From contig BFEA01000019.1 in NCBI GenBank assembly GCA_003427395.1, positions 23,983 through 87,982 of the forward strand: 64,000 nucleotides of DNA, in the 5' to 3' direction. The position numbers were made by a program, and so were the translations under genes. Within the stretch, counting starts at the first letter, position 1, and each line of letters begins with the position of its first letter. Positions 26,290-37,320 of the stretch are shown here, piece by piece. The stretch is from Chara braunii. Its lineage: Eukaryota; Plantae; Charophyceae. The notes below the pieces were generated by a model. It worked only from the letters and a program-made list of their open reading frames with translations, was not told the DNA's origin and did no database searches.

Positions 26290-26937
26290 GTGCGGACCTT
26301 GCTCGCGGGGTACGGCGTGGTAGCAAACTATACTACTGTCGCGCACCCCCATGCGAACGCACCTGTGGAGAGGGGGCACAACACCATCACGAATCTCCTG
26401 GCTAAATGGACGGAGGGGAAGCCTAACCAATGGTCGAAGTTCCTGAGAGCAACTTTCTTCGTGGAAAATGTTACAGTGAAAAGGACTACCAAGTATGCGC
26501 CGGCCACTCTATGGTATGGACGGCATGCCACCTTCCCCATAGAAAGTTTTATGAAGACGTGGAGGCGCCAGGACCTGGAAGTGAACCCATCCTCTGAAGA
26601 ACTGCTCGACATACGGGCGCGACAAGTGGGGGCCGTTGAAGACAGGCTACGGGAGGCCGTTGGTCAGGTGGAGAGAATTCGCATGGAAGATAAGATGAGG
26701 TGGGACCAGATGGCCCGAATAAGGAAGGAGCCACTGAAGGTTGGAGACGTGGTGCTGCTGTACGATTCCTCGCTGGAGAAGCAGTGGTCCAGGAAACTTG
26801 ACAAGCGGTGGCTGGGACCCTATCGGATCGTGCGGTGTGGCAAGTTTGGGGCCTACCAAATTGAGGAGCTGGACGGGGCAGGATGGCAGGACTGGGTATC
26901 AGGGACAAGGCTGAAGAAGTTCGTGGCTAGGGAATAG
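26290..26937 (+). CDS. Gypsy integrase C-terminal fragment
   Basis: HPHANAPVERGH (catalytic Glu region), TTKYAPATLWYG, LKVGDVVLL, KLDKRWLGPYRI (GPY/F motif). Confidence 0.92.
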   Translation: MRTLLAGYGVVANYTTVAHPHANAPVERGHNTITNLLAKWTEGKPNQWSKFLRATFFVENVTVKRTTKYAPATLWYGRHATFPIESFMKTWRRQDLEVNPSSEELLDIRARQVGAVEDRLREAVGQVERIRMEDKMRWDQMARIRKEPLKVGDVVLLYDSSLEKQWSRKLDKRWLGPYRIVRCGKFGAYQIEELDGAGWQDWVSGTRLKKFVARE

Positions 26938-27141
26938 GTAAGGGGCCATGAGACCTCGTTAGGAATAAAGTCTTTCCTAGACGTTACCCAGGTCAGGTGC
27001 TTGGATAGGTGGATGATTGGGGTGGATGGGTGTGATGAGTATGTGGGATTCCCCTAGGCTAATGGCCCAGTTGCTTACCCTGCTGTGTGTCTGTCTGTTG
27101 TCTCTTGCCTGTTGTGCAGGTCTGACTTTTCGAAGGCAGTC

Positions 27142-29826
27142 ATGCAGAGGGGCGGGAGGGACACACGGTCACGCCAGGGGCCCCAGAGGATGGAGGGAAG
27201 GGGCAAGCGGCATGAGCCGCCTAGGAGGGAGCCTACGCCTGAGTTCGATGACGACAACATTGAGCTTTTCTTGGACGTATATCGGGACCATGCGGCACAG
27301 AGAGGGTGGTCAATGGTGGAGAGGATTCACCACTTGAGGGGTATAGGGCGGTTCGAGGAGCCCGTCGCTCAGATATGTGAGGAGGCCCTGACTTGGCCAG
27401 ACGTGGAGGCCGGGATGCAGAGGTTGAGAGTTTCCCCTACGGGGCGTGACGGCATGCCCATTCGATTGGAGGAGGGGAACACAGATGAGTTCATCCCCGC
27501 ATATGAGCACTACACGTTGAGTCTGGGGGTTGCACAGGAGGAATGGGTCCAGGCCCTACATATCTGGACAAGGCAGGCAGAGAAGCAGGTGGCCAAGCAG
27601 ATTCAGGAGAGGGCTCGAGACTGGGAGGACTGTCAGGCCCAGCTCAGTAGGGCGTTCGGACGGCCACAGCACGAGAGGCACGAGCCCAGGGTTGAGAAAC
27701 GACGGCGAAGCAAGAAGCCAAGGGAACCGGCACCGAGAGAGACGGGGTTGGCCAGAGAGAGGAGGGGAGCCCCAGCGCAGCGGGAGGATGAGCCCGCAGG
27801 GCCCGCACTGGCAGAAGAGTCGTTCCCTGCCTGTGGCCTCCGGGCGGTTGAGTTTTGGTGGATTACGAGTGAGGAGTTGAGGCCGCCCTCGCCACTGCCA
27901 TCAATGCAGGATCTGGACATACCAAGAGAGACGCCATTCCGAAGTTTAACGACTCATCTTGATGTATCCCAATGGGAGGCCTCACGGCTGGGAGAGGGCT
28001 CAGTTGAGCCAGCGTGCTACGTGCCATTGGAGGAGCCCCACGACCCCGAGATGGAGACAGACACGCGAGGCCGAGAGGAGCCACAGGATCTTGAGATGGC
28101 AGTCGAGCGGCCGGATCCGGTACGACCCTAGGTTGGAGAGGTGATCACGGTCGAAGATGATACCCCTCCATGTTCCCCAGTTCCAGGGCCAGCTCAGCGT
28201 TCATGGCCAGAGGGGATTCCTGAGCCGGGCAGCGAGGAGATTCCGGAGTCCCCTGCGGCCACCGTCATGCCTGAGCAGGAGGCAGAGGCGGAGGATCAGG
28301 GAGTGTGTGAGATAGAGGGGATGGAGGCGCCCCCTGACCTGCCATCGTCCACGCACGTGACTAGGAGTCCGGTCATCGAGGAACCCGTTCCAGCGGAGTT
28401 ACCGCCAGTAGTGCCATGCGCGAGCGAAGGGATGAGGGCCGAGGCGATGGCTCCAGAGGGCCAGGGGCCGCGAGTGAGAGGGACCCCGAGGGAGACCCGC
28501 GAGGAGAAGTCCGCCCGGTTGCGAGTCCGTCTGGACGAGATACATGCGAAGCAAGCTGAGATGGAGGCGGCAGGGATAGAGCCGACACCGCCAGTCGAGC
28601 CCACGACGAGCGAGCAGAGGATTGACGAGTTGTTGGCTAAGTATGAGAGTCAGAGGGATGCGGCCCGCCAGAGGCCACGAGAGGCAGGACCGACAGGCGA
28701 GGGGACGAGTGAGTTGAGGGACATGGGAGACATGGGATTCTCTGCGACCAGGATGGCGATTGAGCGCATGGATCGGAGTGTATGCGATACGGCAGTCACA
28801 TCTTTCCAATGGTATAATTTACTCAGCAATGAGCTCAGGGTTAATGAGTTGGAGGTAGAGCAACTGATTGCTTAGCTTGCCGAGGAGAGGGTGAGGAGCC
28901 AGGCCAGAGAGGTTGAGTGGGAGAGGAGATTTGGGGAGATGGCGACCGCTATGGATAGGCTCTCAGCAGCCTGGGAGGCTAGTAGGACAGGGCCGGTCGG
29001 TGCTGACATCCAGGGCTGTGGGATGCAGGCGTCGTCGAGTCAGGGAGTAGCAGTGGAAGTCCCTCGTCAGGCCGAGCCGATGGAGGAGGCGCCCTTGGAC
29101 GCAGTCGAGAAGGAGAGTGGCGCGCAGGAGTCGCTTATGGCTATGTCCACGGAGAGGAGGGGTTCGCGCTTGCATGAGTTGGCGGCAGCCATGGGGATAG
29201 GCACTCCACAAGAGGGGCCTCAGGGACTTGACGCTCCAGAGCATGCCCCGAGGTGGGGAGAGTTGAGGGCGGAGCTGGGCTCCTGGGCCACGGGGACAGA
29301 CTCAGGAGTGCTTGACTCGCGACGGCAATAGCGGCAGGAGGTCATGAGTGAGCCCGCCGCTATGAGGGGCTCTCAGCCGATAGGAGTATGCAGGGATGAG
29401 GCGGCGATGACAGAGAGCGCTCATGAGGAGGGGCCCCGGGAGTTGGACACGCCAGAGCGCGGGCCAGGGAGTGCGGCTGCACGAGGGGGTGAGGGTGCTG
29501 AGGCTATGGGGTCAGGACTGCAGGGCCATGTGGGGTTGCCCTCGTGTCATGAGGTGGCTACTGAGACCATAGGGATATCTTCGACATCGAGTTCGCAGGG
29601 GGGAAAGAAGAAGACTGCTAGGTGGCATGATACCTCTTGTTTTTGGTGCAAGGTGGCGGGACATAGAGCCGTGAACTGTCCAGAGTTCCTTGAGGATAAG
29701 GCCGAAGGGTGAGTCGTGGAGGTCGACGACAAATTCTATGACAGACAGGGCAGGATAGTGGAGCGAGCTCCAGATGGGGCCAGGGCCCAGTTATACAGAC
29801 AGAACCAGGAGGAATTGTGTCAGTAG
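27142..29826 (+). pseudogene. Second Gag-like ORF downstream of integrase (~890 codons, four in-frame stops)
   Basis: ORFs 27085, 28141, 28891 and 29344 share one frame. Capsid-like PEFDDDNIELFLDVY...W, a coiled-coil stretch, and knuckle CFWCKVAGHRAVNC. Confidence 0.75.
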
Positions 29827-30399
29827 GGATCGGTCTGTCTATGTATTGATAGGACTAGAGATCTTTGACACACACAGGGCAGGGTTAGAGGTGTACATAC
29901 CTTGAGTCAGTTGAGCGGGCCCTAGGTGTGTGTGTGCGTAGGGGTGGTGAGATGAGCTCCTATCCGTTTGTACATATGCGTTCGACTTTCGCTCACTTGC
30001 CTCCTCTTGAGAGTCTTCGTGGGCTATGACCCAGGGGTAGGGCTCGACCGTGTGATGTATGAGACTACTTAGTTACATTTGGTTTTGGGATTCAGAAGCT
30101 TGCTGCTCTGAATGGGATTTGGGAGTTCGTAGCACTCAGGGTGTGAGTTCTCCCTGCAGGGGAGGACAGGGGCTAGAATATTCTATGGATGATTAGGCAG
30201 GTGCTATGCTCCCGAGTGTACTTGATGAGTATACAGTGGGGTTATGAGTCCCATTCAGACGGGCGGAGTATGGAGTTGGGTGTTTGTATTCGATTGTTGG
30301 GGGAGGCATTCTACTCCGTGAGTGTACTATGAGTTGAGATCCTATGGGACTTGTTTTGTGACGATCACTATCGCTCTCACATGTGTGGATTTATCTCGA

Positions 30400-33300
30400 T
30401 GAATGTTTGGCTTTGAGTGAGAGATGCACAGGATGCATCTCATGGGCATGATTGTGTAAATTGTAGAGCTGTCTACCCTCTGGTATACTCGTGCGGTCTG
30501 CTACAAGCGGACGAGAGGGCAGGGTATAAGGAGGGAAAGTGCAGCCCGTTTGTGAAAAATTGTGAGGATCCTACGGGATTGATGGATTTAGGAATTTGCA
30601 TGCTTGGTCGTACTAAAACACCGTTGCATAAGCTGTACAGGGACCCAGAAGGTGGTCCCTCAGTTTGAGTTGTTTGATGATTAAGGCCCCCTTCATAATT
30701 CTGGGAGGTGGGAGTTATATTGCGTGGAGACCCCTTCATGGTTTTGGAAGAGGTCGTGTGAGGAGCCATCCCATACAAAAGGGGTGGCCAGGAAGTCTTT
30801 TATGGAAGGCACCCTTCACCCAGTAAGGGTGGGCAAAAAAAGAATGATGTGGAAAGCATTGTCTGTGCTGATAAAGTCTGACGAGAGGAGACCATGCTTG
30901 CTTGAAATGTGTGAGGAGGGCGAGAGATGCCTCAGGGTGGGCGACTGCTGGGTCTGATCAAGTCAGGAGCCGCGGCCTCGTGGACCCGGCGGGGAGATTG
31001 TTTGTGACTGAGTAAAGGATGCCGTGCCTATTACAGGAGGGTCGGTAAATGCCTTTGGACCCCTGCGTAGTCCCGCAGCGGCCGTGAATCGTTTGTAACG
31101 CCCCGCCTGGCCACCTGTGCTGATTCTGAGACATGTTTAAAGGAATACCAAGCTAACGGTAAAGCTTAGTGCCACCTGGGCGCAACCCCTTGTGGATGGC
31201 TGCTAGCCGACACAACCTGGTTGCGGGCCCGCAAGGCAAGAGTTTAAGGGGAGTTACCCGCCCCAAGGAAATTACCTTGCGGGATAAGAGTCGAGTCTTT
31301 TGGGATCCCTGATTGATTGGTTATCAGGGATATACCTGCAATTGTATAACCAATGGGAGGATACTGCCGCTAAGGTAACAATGTGGTGGGCCGTAGACCT
31401 GGCCCGATCAACCAGGCTACGGTGGGCCCAGATGGGGACCTGACATTTCTGTACTAGGCTGCAGAAAAGCCCAAGAGAGGCTATAAGCTTATACATGTAT
31501 GTTTTGTTTGACTGTGAGGAACTTGTTGAAGAAGGCAGAGAGTGCCTTCATAGGCCCCATTCGAAGCCTGCGTCCCTAGTTATGGCTCTGCTTATGAGGA
31601 AGAGGCTAACTGGGACACCCAACGAGAGGTCGGCGGTTGTCTACGACAAAGGGGAAGAGGATGGTTTGGGGGCTTTGGAACTTATGCTGTAGTATTGACG
31701 CGTGATATCAGGACAATGGAGACCCAGGTTGAAACCCTGACAGCATATAGTTGTGTGGCACGAATTGATGGAGGCCTCGACCCTGAGTCTGTCGGCTAAT
31801 CGGATTGGTTCTGATCTCATCAGCATTTGGAATGTAATGGAAATCTATAGCTTTTTGATCTGGCGACGCGACGGGGACGTCGCTTAATATGGTCCGGTAA
31901 GCTGTCGGCGCGAATATCCTAACAAGGGTATCTGCCCTGATTTTTGCAAGTGACAGAAAGGCTTGGTTAACCTGGATCTTGAGTGCCCGGCCGGGAAAAT
32001 GCGAAGGTCGCCCGCACGTAGGCAAGGGTCTGTCCTGTCCCAGTAGGGAGTAGGTGGGCGCGCAATATTTAAGGCACGCATGTGATTTTTCCTAATTGAG
32101 TAGGCGGCTAGGGTAGCCGACCGACCCAGACCGTGTTACGGCCCTGGTTAGGGAATGAAAGTTTATTTTTGATAGGTGCGCGTGACCGAGGGTAGGGCTG
32201 GCGCGCCGGTAGGCGCATGGGACGGCCATGGCGCGGGGTGGTAGACCGATGCGGACACCTAGGGTCCGTGGGTGCAATTGTGGGCCGAAAAAGTAACCAG
32301 GGCGGTCTCTTGGCCGGAACGCCGCACGACACCACTTTATATGGGGAGCCGCGCCTGCCAGTCACAGGCTTGGGCTTAGCCCTATCGGTTACGACGTTGG
32401 ATTGTTTCAGCAGAGGTACGAGGTTTGAGACCGGCGGACGGCGGTACGGGAGCGACAGAGCGGCAAGGAGCAAAAGGGGTCGAGGGTCCCATGGGACTAT
32501 CCCCCTTTTTGCGGAGGGAGCCGACTGCGGGCCCGCATTGCAGGATCAAGGGAGCGCCGGGGGGGGGTCCGTGCACGGCGGAAAATTTGGGTAGTATTCC
32601 CTCCGTTGGCGGAATTTTTGTCTTGGTCCGTACTGCCGCTTTGACACCCGCGCATGGGGGTGGGTGGTAATCGGGGGCAGGCCCTTAGGTACAACCGAGA
32701 TGGCACGAAAGAGTCCAAAGATGATCCCGGACGGGAACCTGACCGGGTACATGCGCGAACGAGGGAGGGAGGCCGGATTCGCGTGTGATGCCAGCGAGAT
32801 GGGCAAGTGCCGGGATGTCGGGGGTTGTTGCTAGCGGAGATCCCTCGGGGAAGTTTTGCGCAATGACAGTGCAAGGAACGCCTCGAAAGTCCGAGGATGA
32901 ACCCGGACGTAATACAGGATAAGGGCATGCAAAGGAGAAAATGGAGAGGGCCTGTGGCCTTTGGAGGTGCTACGGAGTGGTTACCATGACGGAAGCCCTT
33001 CGGTGCGTCTTCTAAAAATCGGATTGATGGATCCGTAAGGTAGCTGCGTAAAGGGGGGGAGGGGGTAACACCCATAAACAGGGAATGAACCAGGCCGTAA
33101 AACGGGCCGGGTGCGGGTAAAAGGAGGATTGTCCGGGTTCGTAGGGTTGCCCCCGGGGCCTATGGCCAAGTAGTGACGTGAGGTGGGCGCGGTTGTATGA
33201 ATCCGGCCTCCAAAAGGGGCTAGGTCCAGGCGAGGAAAGTCATAGAGAGGGGTGGAGGGAGGACGCGTGAAGGCCCGGAAGTGCTGACGCGGCAAAGCTC

Positions 33301-35100
33301 TCCGGTACCCCGAGAGAATCGGATCTTTATAGGAAAGATCAATGGAATACAAAAAGGGGAAGTCGCGGAGGAGATGGTGGGGGTCGGGGACGAACCTGGG
33401 CGAAGAACTGGGCCAAGGGTAGGCGGAAGAACTGGGAGTCCTTCGGGACATCTGTTAAAATTGGAATGATACAGATAATATACGCACGACCCCCGCGGAA
33501 CGATGGCACGTACGAATTCTAAGAATACGGGGAAAGATTCATACGACACTCGGGCAGGGGAATGCGTAAAGGTTTGGAGTGGACTGGGACGCAGCGACAG
33601 GGAAGGGGCGGATGCCGGNNNNNNNNNNNNNNNNNNNNNNNNNNNNNNNNNNNNNNNNNNNNNNNNNNNNNNNNNNNNNNNNNNNNNNNNNNNNNNNNNN
33701 NNNNNNNNNNNNNNNNNNNNNNNNNNNNNNNNNNNNNNNNNNNNNNNNNNNNNNNNNNNNNNNNNNNNNNNNNNNNNNNNNNNNNNNNNNNNNNNNNNNN
33801 NNNNNNNNNNNNNNNNNNNNNNNNNNNNNNNNNNNNNNNNNNNNNNNNNNNNNNNNNNNNNNNNNNNNNNNGAGATTTCTCCCCAGGCTGACGTCACGTG
33901 AGGGTCCGTCAGGGCATCCGCCGAATTGGAGTGAGGCAGGAAAGATCGGCGGGCCGCGAGCGTGGTGGCAACTATAAGTTGGTGTGCCGTCGGTGCCCTG
34001 CGGTTGTTGACTTCCTTTTTCGAAGCGCCTCGTCTTATTGACGCGGTATGTCTTGGCACAACAGCGAGCGCAGCGTTGTGGAAGGACGAAGTGGGTTGGC
34101 GAATGGACGGGGGCGTGGGGTAGAGCCGGGTGCATGCAGGCGTAGGAGACTGGAGATGGCGGAGAGTCGGGCTGGGTGTAGCAGGGAGTAGGGAGCTCGC
34201 TCAGTTCCTGGTTGTTTTGGGCGGGGAAAGATGCGTTTTGGGGGTTCTCGATGGTTGTGAATCCAATGGAGGGGTTAGACTTGGTAGTGGGATAGTATAT
34301 TTAGTGCTGGTAGAGAAAAAGATTGCGTGGTGGTCGGAGACGGCGACAAAAGAAGAAACGAAAGAGATAAATGTTGGTCACCAGGCTGTCCCCGGCCGTT
34401 CGTGATGAGTAAGGACTCTCGATAGGGGATTCTGGGCACTGCGATCTCAATGATGGGCTCGGGCCTCGTGGAAGGGATGTAAATTCAGTGTTGTAGCAGG
34501 CATGGGCCGCACTCGGGAAGGGCTAATTTGGGATGGACAATGTATCTTCCCACATTTTGTGGAAAATTCGTTCGAGTTCTATTCGTTCTGCTTGTGGAAG
34601 GAGGGGGCACCGCACGGAGTTGCTGGGGATCAGGTATGATTGCGTGAAGGGCCGAGTTTGTTGATTCGAATTGGGACGAAAGCGAGCCGGGGGGGGGTAA
34701 CGATCGAGTTGCGCGACGACTGCAGGAGTACGTGGGCAGGCAGCCTGTTTGAGGGCCGTCGTGGCATCCATCCTGACGAGCAGGGGGAGCTGGGGACTGA
34801 ACTGCGGAGTCGAGAGTTGAGTTGGCCGACTGGTGAACAGTCGGCCTTGCCGGCTAAGGGGTGCGAACGGGTTCCTGCTGCCCGCCGACTGGCATAGGAC
34901 CCGCGACTGGGTCGTGGTTCGGAGGAGGACTTGAGCTGGCAGAAGAAGGGGGCTGGTGTGTGCGACTGTTGGACAATGTGTACCTTGACTGGGGCAGCAT
35001 CTGCTGCTTGTCCGCCCACCGTGTGCTCAACTACCTGCAGCGGTCCTACTCCTGTCATAACCGATTGATGAGCTTGACCCGGACTGCTATGCTGTTTTGG
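30400..35100 (-). pseudogene. Probable decayed antisense ORF within the LTR element
   Basis: Chain of protein-like minus-strand ORFs (34630-35058, 34523-34771, 32981-33451, 31708-32025, 31272-31496); no recognised domain. Confidence 0.4.
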
Positions 35101-35552
35101 GCAGGGGGCTTAGGGTCGTGAGACTGGGGACTCGTCATAGAGAGCAAGGAAGTGGTGAAGGGGGGCGGTTGGGCTGTGTATGGGGCGCTTGCTGCGGTTG
35201 GAGAGATCGTCAGAGGAGTTAGCAGTCAACAGTTAACTTCACTTGATAAAGCTGCGGCGTTTTCCTCGGCCGCCATTGTGGGGCCCTCAGGCGTACGAAG
35301 AGTTGAAGGCCCTCTCGCGTGAGTCTGAGTGTGTCCTTCGTGAGTCTGAGAGTCTTACCCCCCCTTATCCTACCCTCCTTACTTTAAAAGTCTGGTCCTT
35401 TGCCCAGAGAGGAAGGCGGCAGTCGGGCATGTGTGCAATATCAGCTTCAGTTTTACTGATTTCCTGAAAGCAGATTATGAACGAGGTGGGTTGTATCTGG
35501 GGGAAGGTTGGGAGGAGGGCAGTATTGTGTGAAGATTCACTGGGTCACTAAG

Positions 35553-36484
35553 GCTGGGGGGTCCCCTTAAGTTTGGGGAAGCCCAGCGCTTTGTTTATTT
35601 CTGGTTTACATGGAGCCTCAGGCCGCTTTACAAGTTTAGGTAGCCTGAAGCTCCGGAGGCTGGGATGTCCCCATAAGTTTGGGGAGACCTGGTGCTATGA
35701 ATTGCGTGGAGGGTCAGGACGCTCTATAAGTTTAGGTGTCCTGACTGCTCTGACCTGTGGGGATTTGACTGTGAGTGGTTCTCAGGGACCCGAGGCGCTC
35801 TATAAGTTTAGGTACCTTGGGTTGCCTTGTTTTGTTTGGGGTTCTCTCAGTTTCTTCGATTCTGAACGAGGAGGTCTGAACCGCTCTATAAGTTTAGGTG
35901 GTTTAGCCTTTCTCCTGTTTTGTTTTGAGCGAATAATTCTGGCAGGGGGCAGGCCGCTTTATAAGTTTAGGTAGCCTGTCTCACTGCCTCGCACAGATTG
36001 GATCAGAGAGAAATGAACCTAGCAGAGGATCACACCGCTCTATAAGTTTAGGTGGTCTAACCCAACGCCTCGCACATGTTGGAACCCAATGGATATAACT
36101 TCGCTATATTATGTTACTATGTTATTGAGAACAGGCTAGTCAGGCCGCTCTATAAGTTTAGGTAGCCTTACTATAGCTTATCACAACAGAAGAGAGTATA
36201 ATTAAGAGATATAATTGAGGGTAATTGTGGGCAGGCTGAGCAATGTTCTAAGTTGAGCGGCTCAACCTTATGTCCCTTTGAAGACTAAGCTCAAAGAGAT
36301 ATATATAATCAGGCTATTTAAACAGTTCAGGGCGACTAGAGTGGTCTAGTCAGATGCCCAAAGAAGAGAGACGTAGTTGTGCCCTCTGTTTGTGTATACC
36401 TGACCAAGTCAGAACGCTCTATAAGTTTAGGTATTCTGACCTTGGGCCTGCCTAAGTTGGGTGCGCTCTGTAAGTTCAGGTGCC
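35553..36484 (+). repeat. Array of ~11 stem-loops with conserved TAAGTT loop (core GCTCTATAAGTTTAGGT) and unique spacers
   Basis: Loops at 35568, 35631, 35674, 35727, 35803, 35889, 35962, 36043, 36153, 36422, 36471; weaker ones at 36249 and 36453. Confidence 0.9.
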
Positions 36485-36774
36485 GAGGCTTATGCCTTAT
36501 GTAAGCTTGGGTATGAAAGGGATAACTCACAGAGGAAGGATGAACTATTGTTTGCTAAAGGAGCTTGGGGTTGGTGAGAGCACTTACCTTTTTGGTTTGA
36601 CCTGCATGTGGCTGAGTGAGGTTACTACTTGGTCTGAGCTTCCAGTTGACAGGTAGTTGCTTTAGAGGCTCGCCACGTGTTAGAGCGATAGGAGCTAGCT
36701 CAATTCCTGCTTTCTCCGAGCTGACTTTTTTTACTTAGATCAATTCTCGCATTTTCTGGGATCTTTTGTTATAC

Positions 36775-37320
36775 CTGGCTTCGTATAAATCTTGGCAAGC
36801 CACTTTCTCTACGGGAAGCGCTGCCGAAATTTCTACAAATCCAAGGAGTTAGTCAACTTTTGACTTGTCAAAATTCAACTTGTCTAATCTTTATATCTAG
36901 CTTAGTAAAAATTTGAAAAGTTTCCTTTTCTAAAGGGAATGCTGCCGAAATTTTTGCTAATTCAAGAAGTTAGACAAAATTGGGCTTTGAGAAGTCAAAG
37001 TTATTTCCAGACTTTGAACTTAGCCTTGTATAAATTTTGGAATAACACTTTTTCAAAGGGAGTGCTGCCAAAATTACTGCAAAACTAAGGAATTAACTAA
37101 ATTTTGTCTAAGTTGAACCCAAATTGTCTCTGAGTTCATATCTGACTTAGTACAAATCTGGGGAGTCTCTCTTTCTAAAGGGAGTGCCGTCCAAATTTCT
37201 ACTAATTCGGGGAGTTAGGGAAGGTTATTTCTGTTTCCATATTTGAGCTGATATAAATTTTGGAAAGATATTTTTCCTACGGGAAGCGCTGCGGAAATTT
37301 TCTTGATTTAGAAGAGTTAA
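36775..37320 (+). repeat. Five diverged ~110-125 bp tandem units with hairpin core
   Basis: Approximate consensus aaat(c/t)ttgg...ttt(c)ta(c/a)(g/a)ggga(a/g)-gctgccgaaattt...aaggagttag at ~36785, 36905, 37030, 37150, 37252. Confidence 0.8.

Noticed and set aside
35553-36484. CRISPR array
   Set aside because: Spacer lengths vary widely, repeat flanks co-vary as stems, there are no cas genes, and the context is a eukaryotic TE.
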